Shown here: positions 54,501 through 62,734 of the stretch, piece by piece
Position numbering within the stretch: the stretch's first letter is position 1
Layout of the letters: the number at the start of each line of letters is the position of its first letter
Source: Tubulanus polymorphus
Taxonomy: Eukaryota > Animalia > Nemertea
Direction of reading: 5' to 3'
Length of the DNA stretch: 64,000 nt
Assembly: GCF_964204645.1 (NCBI RefSeq)
Contig: NC_134033.1
Span: 9,308,655 to 9,372,654 of the forward strand
Position numbers and translations under genes: made by a program
Notes under the pieces: model-generated
Database searches by the model: none
What the model saw: only the letters and a program-made list of their open reading frames with translations
Told to the model about the DNA's origin: nothing

Positions 54501-57500
54501 AATGCAACCAAATTGAAATGAAATGTAATTTTCAGATGTTTTAGCTAATAGTTTAAAATCATATTTTCTTACATTTACACCATTCATAGCATTATATTCT
54601 TCTATTTCTTGATTAATTGAACCCAATTTCCTTGATAATTGTTTTATAAATAGATGGGTATCATAACCTGATAAATTATGAAATAATATTGGCACGAAAT
54701 TAACTTTCTTAGCTTGTAAATTGCAATCTTCATGAGCAGCTCCACGATATTTTGAATTTAAATGATTATGATCTCTAACTTTTTTATAAAATGAATAAAA
54801 ACGTTTTTCACAATAACAACAATGAGTTGAGTAATTAAAATCAACTTCATCTTCTTTGTCATAACTATTCTTTTATTTCTGTTTAATAATTTTGCAAAAT
54901 CACTTTCTAATTCAATTATTTTGTTACAAAAATCATCAACTACATTTTCACCTCTAAAAGAAATATATTGACTTTCATATAATTCGGGATGATTTGATTT
55001 TGATGTAAATTCCATAAGCAGCAGCTCTTTGATGAACTTTTTTAATTGTATTTATAAATGGCGGGTCTTGTGTTGTGTCTTCATTTAATTCATTTCCTTT
55101 ATCCATTGATTTTAATAATTGCTTTTTGTTATATATTTCTTTTCTATCTTGATCAGTTAATTCTTTATTCAACGATTCAAAATCCCCATGAATTACAAAT
55201 GGAACAACATTCTTTAATTTATGATTAGTAAATTTCAATTTATTATCTTTTTCTGTTGGCATTATTAATTTACAAAAATCTTTGTTATCACATAATTCTT
55301 TATGCTTTAGTAACGCATTCTCAGTTCTAAATTTAGATAAACATTTTCTACATAGATAAATTTTATGACTGTTAAAATCACTTTCTGTTCTAAAGAATAA
55401 ATCAATTTGTTTTAACCACATATAATGTTCATTTTCATCTTTTTTGTAATATAATAAATCTATAGCATTTTCATCATCATAATATTCTGTTAAATTTAAA
55501 GCTTCCAATGTATAATCTTTAATATTTCACCTTTTGTCTTTGGTAATTGCATTAATTCGAATACATTTATTTTTAAATTATTATTTTTTTCTATTTTGGG
55601 TATCATTTTTATAGTTACTGGATATTGATCAATTTTATATAATGTTTCATATTTCCGGTAATTTGTTATTCTAAAACTATGCGTAATATCTTCTGTTGGG
55701 TGTAAGCAACTAATAATAGACCATAGAAAACATTTATTATCTTCATTTTGAACATTTATTACTGCTTTTGTTGTAAATGGTAATTTAATATAAGATGATG
55801 CTTTAATATACTTTTCTGTTGTAAAGTTTGAATCATTTTTAAACATTGTTTTACTTTTGATGTTTTATTCCTTTTTGTATTATAAACATTTAAATCTAAA
55901 AATATAATTCCATTCAATGTTAAACCAGAACCCTCAAAATATCTTTCTTCAATATGACGTTTAAATTCATTAAATATTTTTTCTAACTTCTATTTTATTG
56001 CGTTTTTGAAATTATTTTTTCAGAGAGTGTTTGAATATTATAATCCATTTTCTCTTCTGACTTTAAAAAACGTACTTTCCCAGAGATACTAATTTTTGGA
56101 TATTCAACATCTGTTATCAAATCTAGTATTTTTTCTATTATTTCATTAAATTTACTATAATCTTCTATTGTTGTACCTTTAAAAAATCTAAATATAATAG
56201 CTGCAGGACCAATTTTACTACGTAATGTTTCTAATATTTCAATTGTATCTTTTATTTCTAGTGAATCAATATAATTTCTAACATTTTCCATTTAAGGTTT
56301 ATTTGAAATGGATTTAGTTTTTGAAGTTGGTTTTTTTACTTTTTGAGGTTTATCATCGAAATAATCTTTTCCTAAAACATTATTACTCAAATTTTGATGG
56401 TGTTTTTGTGATTCGAGATGTCTATTATAATTCCTTTTTACTATAAATTCATTACAAATTTCACATTTTATTTCATCCACATTCATATTTCCTAATCGTT
56501 CTTTTCTTTCATTTGAATTTTCTGAAGTTTCAAAATCTATAACATTTTTTATATGATTTGAAGATTTTTTATGTCGTGACTTTTGGGATTTATCGATGTA
56601 TTTTTTACAAATTAATATTGAATTACAAATATTGAAACAATTACTAATAGATATGGTAATAAATTAGTTATTCACTTAATGAAGGATTTAAAGGAAATAA
56701 ATATAAATTCGGAACATATTTACCAGATAGATTTCATAGATTATCTACTGAAGATCTAGAAGAAGTGTGTTCTGGTGATTTCCATTCTATACACAAAGGT
56801 AAGAATGAAAAAGGATGTCATGATATAGATTTCGAATAAAAAATACGTAAAATAAATGCAAGATAAATTAAAAGAATATAGATTATTTGTTGATTCAAGT
56901 AGACTTACAAATTATAAATCTCATAATTTATTGATACAACTAGATAGAGAATTTAGAAATTGTGTTGATTTAAAATTAGTAAATATTAGTCTATGTAACT
57001 CATTTTACAATTTATCGGATAAAACTATTGAACAGAGCCTTTTTAATTTTCAATAAAAGTTAAAAAGAAAATGGTATCACCTTTTTCTAAAACCAGGGTT
57101 ATATAACTTAGATACATTGTCTCAAGAAATTGATAGAAAAGCCTGGCACAAATTAGGTAGTGATTCTGGTTTTGGCGTTAGATTTTTAAAAAGTGATAGT
57201 TCCAATAAAATAAAGATTATGGTGAAAAACATCAATTTTCAGTTAAAAAACCTATAGCTAAACTGTTAGGAATTACACCAGATAAATTTTATTCAAATAT
57301 TGATGCTTCACCAAACCTTATACCTTACTCACATTTCCACATTTATTGTAATTTAATTGATCCCACAAAAAAATTCGAAGCAATTGAAGATACAACTTGT
57401 AATTCTAGTATATTAAATATTTTACCATCGAAGAACGTTAAAGAATTTGGAATGCAAATAAATTATAATTTAACAAAATGTGATTTTAAGCCTTGTATTT

Positions 57501-59754
57501 CACAATTTAGTAATTTTAAGTTAGAAATTAGAAATCATAATGGATACTTAATTGATTTGAATAACTTTCCTGTGATATATGAATTAGTTGTAAGATGTAA
57601 AGAATAATTAATAATTATTTCTTTATAATAATAAATGTGAATATAACAGTAGGACCGAGTATATGTTTTGGGTTTGATTTTAAACATGGTAAAGAAATGG
57701 GAATTAAACTAAATGATGTAATTACTGATATTAAAAGTATATCATTAAATAATGCATCAATGATTAATAAAGAAAATTATAATAAAGAAAAAGAAATTGA
57801 TTTAATTAAAACATCTTTAGAATATTATGAATTAAATGAAGATGGAATTATCGATGATATCAAAAATGTATTATCTAGAATATATGATTATCATAAAAGT
57901 AGTAATGAAATAAATGTTGAAATAATTATAAATAAGATAACTAAATATTTTGTAGACATAAATGAGTGATAATAAGTGGATAATAAAAGGTTTATATAAT
58001 GGAGCATTACTATCAGTGGGACCTGTTGGTTATACAATGTTATTGAAGAAAGTATTTAAAATAAAACGAACATATTCGTTTTATTGCCACGTTAAAACGA
58101 AAAATAGCGCGATAGAACGAAAAATTATCGCAATTAAATGATTTTTTTATTCGTTTTACATTGTGATAAAACGAAAGATCAACAAATTCCGTTTTTCTCC
58201 ATTTTAACGCAGCAATAAATCGAGAATAAGTCGTTTCATCGCGTGTTAAAACAAGTTTTTTTTCGTTAAATCGCGCAATAAAATAACTTTTTCTCGTTTA
58301 ACGTGGTAATTTTCGTTTTATCGCGCAATTTTTCGTTTTTAACGCCGCAATAAAACGAGGGAGTTCGTTTTATCACTTGATAAGGCTGGTGAACTTCGTT
58401 TTAATGCGCGATGATACGACTTTTAGGCGTCTGTAAAAAAAAATTGCACCATTTGTGATTTTTTTTACATGGCCTAATTAGCCACCATAGGTTAGGGTAA
58501 GAAAGTGCCTAAACACATTTTTAAAATTGTGCAGCCCCTTTCGCTACGGGGCATTTTTATAGAACTCAGTAAAATTTCCGTGAGTTAGGCGAGGTTTTAC
58601 CGTTGGTACTATTTCGTAGGTCAAATTATGGAATATTGATAATATTGATTGATAAATTAAATGGGATTTATTGAAACTAAATTTATCAATCAATATTGTT
58701 ACTATGAATCGCAGATCCAGCCTACCGCTATTTCCGCTTGAGTGGTACTCAGAATTCCCCCCACGACATATTAACTATAGTCAATATATGCCTATATTTG
58801 ACTTCACACTCGAGCATGTATCATGATTCTCTCTCCGATACATGATACACGATTCTCTCATGATTTTCTCTCTTGTCGCTTATGTGGAACCAACAGTGAA
58901 TCGGTGCAACACAGGAACCCGATGCTTACGGCATGTGGAATTGGTTTTCGTTTTTTTAAGTTGATGAGAGAATCAAACATTTTTAAAATTTCTTTAGGGT
59001 GGTGCTCCAAACGACACCTCGCCCCGCCAGGGCATCGAGCCATCGGCCAGCTATTTGGGGGACTGTAATTTGAGCAGTATTCAGATTTGACCCTAGGATC
59101 CGCCACGACTGAAAACTATTTGAACACGTTACTTCAAATTCTGAGGCTTACAGAGCTGAAATTCAAAACAAGAACCGAACATGATTTAAAATTCTGTATC
59201 CATTAGCTTACTCATTTAAAAACTTACCATATGTTTCATCGTAATAGATGCGCAACGAAGACGACCGCTGACTTTTGACAACGTCTGAAATAATATCGAT
59301 TATTCCTCGCCAGGTAGGGCCGTAGTGCAGATGTTGCTCAGCGATAAAACAAGGCATACTACCGATTGATACCATTGGCATGTCATATTCATCAAATCTA
59401 ACCGCGAGTTGGTCAATCTTCAGACAATCATCGCTGATCACTATTGCAGCTGCGAGATTTGCTTTCATCGCCTCGCAAACTAAATGATATCAAATGTTTT
59501 ATGTTTCACATATTCGATACAAAAAAAAACGTATTTCTCATGATGAAATTTCTAGAATTTTTGATGTAATATGACAAATGTTTTGTTTCACTTACCATAT
59601 TTCGTACTTATCGCAGAAATATTTGATATATCGATTTGAAAATCACCGTTCACAGAAATTCCGCGTTCTATCGACCAGTCATTCACAACGCTTAACGTTT
59701 GATTTATATCTGGTTTCGTGGCAACGGCACCCCCGGATCGATCCATGTAGAACC
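24540..59754 (-). CDS. Gene C: ionotropic glutamate receptor-like / IR with amino-terminal domain (multi-exon, first exon unresolved)
   Basis: Exons 59596-59754, 59228-59479, 40734-40921, 40226-40411, 39553-39711, 38498-38692, 31274-31380, 30960-31053, 30671-30866, 28081-28212, 27469-27686, 25478-25731, 24540-24879 have GT-AG sites and compatible phases. Motifs GFCFDIL, WNGMIG, GPFTVTSIREEVIDF, MFRPF..VW, WWFFAIIIMAMYTADLAAYLT, MQESGMMNRWKRIWW, and M4 LDSVGGAF. Confidence 0.8.
28849..29025. repeat. MITE fragment with AAGGTTCT/AGAACC repeats
   Basis: ACACTCTTAGAACAAAGGGTTC start and internal palindromic GGTTCT/AGAACC units. One end only. Confidence 0.5.
32577..33583 (+). mobile_element. Family 2 element, copy 2 (nested in a MITE)
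   Basis: Collinear similarity with 19030-20166 over its whole length. Confidence 0.75.
33578..33788. ncRNA. Inverted pair of Penelope-like terminal repeats, each with a minimal hammerhead ribozyme motif
   Basis: Plus strand CTGACGA (33678), stem TGATCT/AGATC, GAAAC (33704), GTC. Mirror copy on the minus strand at 33630-33660. A degenerate single copy lies at ~26375-26490. Confidence 0.6.
34620..34990. repeat. Minisatellite, ~74-bp unit, ~5 copies
   Basis: GCGATCCAATGTGTTTGGATAGATTTTG recurs at ~34711, 34786, 34860, 34933. Confidence 0.8.
36148..36254. mobile_element. Short palindromic MITE
   Basis: GATCCAGTTCCACAG...CTGTGGAACTGGGTC TIR with a flanking AAG 3-bp duplication (PIF/Harbinger-like). 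Confidence 0.6.
36660..37016. repeat. Diverged inverted pair of tRNA/SINE-like arms
   Basis: 36660-36762 and 36918-37016 are reverse complements, each with a B-box (GGTTCGAGTCC / GGTTCGAATCC). Confidence 0.55.
41108..41260 (+). CDS. Small basic viral ORF (50 aa, MGDRKAFLATINNK...)
   Basis: Preceded by the element-wide motif TTTTTTTTCCTTATAAATG. Below the ORF-track length cutoff. Confidence 0.35.
   Translation: MGDRKAFLATINNKIKPAKKQFEIKKLVDVTKEIEHKLLKLEKVKTKYRD
41578..41973 (-). CDS. Viral small protein with one transmembrane helix
   Basis: 131-aa ORF with hydrophobic YLYFITGFVIIFILIGCSW. Start preceded by TTTTTCTACAATAAATG. Confidence 0.55.
   Translation of the reverse strand: MSEVEEVKELTVKKNLRSPKQIEQSRILGIKSQEYKKAKKEKIDNKDVYENGENIVISATSNNRIFDKYLYFITGFVIIFILIGCSWYEKSNKIYDIDNSETTAIKNENTSEIPKLIIKKWINILEKKQKN
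41906..42507 (-). pseudogene. Uncharacterised viral protein, split by a frameshift
   Basis: ORFs 42268-42507 and 41906-42271 overlap by 4 nt and read as one protein with a C-terminal hydrophobic segment. Motif-bearing start at 42507. Confidence 0.55.
42677..43788 (-). pseudogene. Polinton-type retroviral-like (rve/DDE) integrase with C-terminal chromodomain
   Basis: LYYNP, WQGELIDM, IIDIFSRYVW, IQFDDGKEF, KAAVVERFNRTL, YNNSYHSSIGMKP, then chromo-like YTIEKVLK...LVKWVGWPDKFNEWI. Contains an internal stop and frameshifts; the first catalytic Asp position reads Glu. Confidence 0.92.
43819..44925 (-). pseudogene. Putative major capsid protein (double jelly-roll), disrupted
   Basis: Fragments ITHNPSNI, LYVRIPRL...NVGRYLIKKLTIKIG...YNDLW, YKIPLDFEL, KYALWLDFRTTEDNSLHGSG, DAQLNI. 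The length, beta-rich pattern and context fit the MCP of invertebrate Polinton-like elements. The fold is not verified. Confidence 0.65.
44946..46705 (-). pseudogene. Large viral protein: acidic N-terminus, coiled coil, C-terminal hydrophobic/amphipathic helices (fragmented)
   Basis: Consecutive ORFs 46466-46705, 45850-46395 and 44946-45845 share one motif-bearing start at 46705. Hydrophobic segments ILSILTAVTMVFTTIGLVI and IILFLITVVSAII. Confidence 0.6.
46677..48021 (-). pseudogene. Uncharacterised viral protein with C-terminal hydrophobic tail (fragmented)
   Basis: Fragments YWQNQLNFAVYCATTGCGISW, IFRFHAYFQIRIILNELECPLP, CILGAQVETRSPIVG, MGNIIGYNN...ACIGIVIGGILYF. A degraded start motif (TATAAATTGGG) lies near 48020. 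Confidence 0.55.
48035..48468 (-). pseudogene. Small two-TM viral protein (disrupted)
   Basis: ATG at 48468 after TAATTTTTTTGTTAAATAA. Hydrophobic IIYYLIISGSVTISSVITFLAIFSPLTPLAISIGVLG, with in-frame stops. Confidence 0.5.
48488..48908 (-). pseudogene. Viral protein with N-terminal hydrophobic helix, coiled coil and C-terminal TM (frameshifted)
   Basis: ORFs 48675-48908 (MASVILTIIGTAIVNALAFTGGSYLF...EQKRHNLALE) and 48488-48697 overlap. Confidence 0.6.
48925..49156 (-). pseudogene. Small hydrophobic viral protein (MSDNKWIITGLYNGA...)
   Basis: Motif-bearing ATG at 49156 and an internal stop. A partial paralog lies at 57962-58045 (+). Confidence 0.5.
49157..49525 (-). CDS. Uncharacterised viral protein, copy 1
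   Basis: ORF 49157-49453 extends upstream (NITVGPSICFGFDFK). Paralog at 57637-57969. Confidence 0.55.
   Translation of the reverse strand, partial: FTISINITVGPSICFGFDFKREKEMKFNINDVITHIKNIAFSNETTFEYETTINKETLNVEKITYLIRETLRFYELDEDFIIDDIKKIIIEIYTNETSNEINVELIITKITKYFEDSNFFDK
49530..50275 (-). pseudogene. Putative minor capsid (penton) protein, copy 1
   Basis: IFVDS...LVNISLCNS.YNI...KPGLYNLETL...FAKLLG...FYIYCNLI...ILNILP...FRLEVRNHNGYLIDLNNFPVIYELVIR is the Polinton penton pattern. Split into ORFs 49997-50275 and 49530-49898. Confidence 0.7.
50345..50827 (+). CDS. Viral C2H2 zinc-finger protein
   Basis: CEICGELIRKSNMARHMKKH, CPKCNKLFSRNYLKKHLEKC, CEPC...HQFRKAH. TAAATG start. Confidence 0.7.
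   Translation: MDEKIGCEICGELIRKSNMARHMKKHDEHYKTPEINCPKCNKLFSRNYLKKHLEKCKINGATANVDSNESNSNSVEVEPEIIWKRPFLFYDKDNIKDHFCEPCRMKFSPENIEAWENHQFRKAHIDKISNKFETEFNERKNKILEKMKYEKTLQDNEETV
50952..51674 (+). CDS. Poxvirus A2 / VLTF3-like late transcription factor homolog (start codon apparently lost)
   Basis: The open frame extends upstream of ORF 51051 to give a CPKC-x13-CNVCG zinc ribbon. C-terminal KLTETDMENIKETFKQIL...SINYEFFLNKI...DEMWNNI matches the A2/VLTF3 signature as I recall it (INYSFFLDKI...W). Confidence 0.7.
   Translation, partial: ENKYQELNEDLLLRNDRQKCPKCIYEYLRQEGSVIFCNVCGWEKIHGVIKKLRDFLIEPKLKYLDEIFNIFSMVDHTPEYNQWLEKMKIIENKNGEITKKDIIKTIITSTFNTQEKKMYLYLLFNDYYKKPKLTETDMENIKETFKQILRYYVDNRITDSINYEFFLNKIVNYLNIDIIIPFDELTNKQKQRERDEMWNNIELYLKEKNEMEEPKQIIQEQLNEKEETNSDFEFDDIDPF
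51671..56600 (-). pseudogene. Protein-primed family B DNA polymerase (pPolB) with N-terminal zinc fingers, RDHxH endonuclease VII-like module and an intein; multiply disrupted
   Basis: INVQNEDNKCFLWSI, IHGDFES, KVRDHNH...YRGAAHEDCNL, FHNLSGYD, FLDSYRFL, YLKSDVMILADIFE, IRGGIS, YIDANNLYGWAM (motif A), KLMNNSFYGK (motif B), YFD/TD (motif C split by the intein), SKMYSY, KGI, FDDKR...TLPYGY stop. Confidence 0.95.
52131..53126 (-). mobile_element. Intein with LAGLIDADG homing endonuclease remnant in pPolB motif C
   Basis: 996-nt insertion between YFD and TDAY. Block A SVTADTLILL, block B DVTEDYSL, LAGLIDADG IKGFFMGDGS, block F YDLSTKDGTFNCG, C-terminal Asn followed by +1 Thr. Confidence 0.92.
56856..57607 (+). 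pseudogene. Putative minor capsid (penton) protein, copy 2
   Basis: Inverted paralog of 49530-50275 (LKEYRLFVDS...HNLLIQLDREFRNCVDLKLVNISLCNS...NFPVIYELVVRCKE), with frameshifts. Confidence 0.7.
57637..58045 (+). pseudogene. Paralogs of 49157-49525 and of the 5' part of 48925-49156, truncated
   Basis: NITVGPSICFGFDFK...SNEINVEIIINKITKYF, then MSDNKWIIKGLYNGALLSVG. Homology stops abruptly at ~58042. Confidence 0.7.
58046..58489. mobile_element. Right half of the same TA-MITE family, fused to the viral element
   Basis: AAAACG/CGTTTT repeats and right TIR CATGGCCTAATTAGCCACCATA. No left TIR. Confidence 0.7.
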
Positions 59755-59884
59755 CTGAAAGCGTAATATCATTCTGAAAGCGTAATATCATTCTTTCAAT
59801 GGCTAGTGTTTTAAATTGTTTTTATCAATTGGATCCATGATTTGGAAATAATCTTGAAATTCCGAGCTCTCAATGACGAATAAT

Positions 59885-60278
59885 TATGGTGGCTGATTCG
59901 GGACATGTAAAAATTTTTTTTTTCGTCCTCCACGAAAACGCGCAAAAACAAATCTGAACGCGCAAAAACAAATATTACCGCGCAAAAATAAACTTTTAAC
60001 CCGCAAAACCAAAAAAATCCGTTTTTGTGCACTAAAAACGGGCGCAAAAACGAATATTACCGCGCAAAAACGGATTATTCTGTTTTTGCGCGCGTTAAAA
60101 AAACAAATATTACCGCACAAAAACAAACTTTTAACGCGCAAAAACAAAATAATCCGTTTTTGCGCGTTAAAAGTTTGTTTTTGTGCGGTAATATTTGTTT
60201 TTGCGCGGTCAGATTTGTTTTTGCGCGTTTTCGTGGAGGACAAAAAATTTTTTTACATGTCCCGATTCAGCCACCATA
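59885..60278. mobile_element. Near-perfect palindromic MITE sharing the TGGTGGCTGA TIR
   Basis: TATGGTGGCTGATTCGGGACATGTAAAA...TTTTACATGTCCCGATTCAGCCACCATA, with long inverted arms. Confidence 0.85.
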
Positions 60279-60841
60279 AATAAGTGTGCCCCGTTCATTG
60301 GATTCTACATGGATGAAACCGACGGGAGTTTTTTATTTGCTATATGTCAATACGACATATGGCAATTTAAATCGAAAGCTCTAGCGGAAACATCTGTTTC
60401 ATATCTTGACAGGTCGAAATGAGCGATGGCACTTTGTCGAGGCACGTTGTAGAAACTAAACATTAGTGAGAGTGATTGATGCATAAAAACTGTCAAAAGC
60501 ACCCTCAAAAACCGGAAAAACAATGGGTGATAATTAACATTTCATCACAAATAAAATCAAACACACGGTATCGCAACAATTTATTAAGTAGCACCTTGCT
60601 TTAAAAAATTCATGTCGAGAAGAGGTGAAAACCTCGAATTCGATTTATTTTAATTGCACCCGGTTCAGTAATAACTTAACTCCATAATCCCTCGCCGATA
60701 GATCATCATGAGCTCCGAAATCCGAGATGACACGAGTGCAGCATGCATTATTTCTTCGTTCGTACTGACAAATGAAAACCCGGCAGCTGCATTGTTCGGG
60801 CGATCTTTTTTCTAATAAGGGAAACTGTGTATGCATTCTTC

Positions 60842-62734
60842 GGTGTGCGTTCAAAATCCCATAGATCAAAATCCCACAAGTCAAAATCCCATAGTCAATA
60901 TCCCATTGTTCATAATCCCACATATTATGATCAAAATCCCATATATTTTTATTATATACTATGGGGTATCTTATTTTTTACTATACAGTGCCGAATACTG
61001 TAGAAATATGTATATGTTAATAGAATATAACCTATATGCTGTATATAGGGCCTAATATAGGCTAATGAATGAATACAGATTGGTCTTTGATCTAGAGGAT
61101 TAGACTAATTATGATATGCTTTGATCAAAGGTGATTAAGTTGAGATTAATCAGTGTTTAGTTAACCATAGCTATAGACAGGAAAAACCATAAGGAAAGGA
61201 AAATTAAAAGAAATGATAAGATAAGAATTACGTATACTCAATTTTCTACTATAAACTTCTAATAATATTCTATTATTCACAGTTTCATTCAGTACAATTC
61301 TGTCTCACATACATTAATCATTCTAAACACTTATTCTAAATCATTCTATATACAAACTTGGAAAAAACGATATATTATCACAAACCAGCACATTTTCTTT
61401 TCAGTATAGCAACATGTGTGCACCCTATTCATGTGGAACAAATTTCGGATAAATTGTGGGATTCATATAATAATTAAGGAGATATAATGTGCCTTTCAAG
61501 AAAAAAAACGACCAACTTTTTCACTATATATAAAATGTGTCCTTTTTCAGAGGCGCCCTTTTCGAGAAATTAAGGACATGATTATCAGATTTTGTGTTAG
61601 ATGTGCCCCTGAATAGCAATCTTGTCATACAAAATTGAGTGTTTAACATGCATTTTAACATGAGGTGACATTCAGTCAGTAATACTAACAACTTAACAAT
61701 TAGTCATCCTTTAATCTAATAATTTGTTTTGTTTGAAATTGGTCAAAGCAGTAACAGCCACTCAATTAATTATTATTAATTATCACTAACTAATTAATTA
61801 TTACACATGAAAGTCATGTTTGAAGTTGTCATGTTCAGCATGTGAACTGAAGTCAATATCAATAGTGTAATTTCCCTTTGTGAAATTATATAATACATAA
61901 ATTAACAACTATCCTTTAATCATTCGCGGGGGATATATTTTTCATTATCCATTCAATCTGGGGGAATTAATTTTTTCTTCATATTTCAATGTAAAGGTCG
62001 ATACATTTCCAGTGTAGAGACCCTCCTAAAACCAATATCTGTTATGAAGCTAATAGGTATCTCTACCAGAAAATGTTAGTTATAAAAAGTTTGGACCTAC
62101 GGGTGCAAGGTAGGACCCCCCAAAACCTGAGGTCAAGTTGAGGTCACGCAACAAAAAAAAGTCGCCGACAACCAGTACATACTGCCTGTGTGTGTAGAGT
62201 ATATACAATCGCTTGTGAGCTCTCTATAGAGCATGCTGACTCAGTGTAAGCAGCCAGACTCGACTAGTTTGCCATCTATCGGGGGTAATAGGAACCGTCA
62301 CTTGAGACGTGACCACGCCCCAGTCTCTTTGTTTTAGCTGTCACCTGAGGCGTGACGACGCCAACCAAATCATGATCCTTTGATCTAATATCCTTTTGTT
62401 TTAAATAGATCAGAGCAGTAAATGATACAATAGATTTAAAAACGGCCAATCAAAGGACAGCATCTGAACTGAAGTCAATTCCCCCTAATCCCTTACCCTT
62501 GGTTTTCTGAACAATACCTACCTAACTTAACTTAAATTTCAGCTGTTAGTGCTTCAACATATGTTTGTGTCTAAGATATCATATCATACATATGATGATA
62601 AGATGGGAAATACAATTTGGTAATACTAATGTATGGGATTTTGATCTTTATCTGTGGGATTTTGAATTATGGGATTTTGATTATGGGTTTTTGACATGTG
62701 GGATTTTGTAACTGTGGGATTATGACAGGGATTC
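60842..62734. mobile_element. Non-autonomous Mutator-like (MULE) element
   Basis: 9-bp TSD GCATTCTTC at 60833-60841 and 62735-62743. Subterminal AAAATCCCA arrays on the left, TGGGATTTT arrays on the right. No transposase. Confidence 0.75.

Larger units (their letters stand above)
41070..58045. mobile_element. Decayed Polinton/Maverick-like (adintovirus-like) endogenous viral element
   Basis: Abrupt switch to very AT-rich, intronless, gene-dense DNA. Encodes pPolB, rve integrase, putative major and minor capsid proteins. Many stops and frameshifts. No TIR or TSD recognisable, so the boundaries are approximate. Confidence 0.9.

Noticed and set aside
41070-58045. Viral block as contamination or a free virus contig
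   Set aside because: It is heavily pseudogenised, flanked by phase-compatible host exons and fused to a host MITE family. Long-read confirmation is still advisable.
59811-60422. Overlapping ORFs on both strands
   Set aside because: Artefacts of the palindromic MITE.
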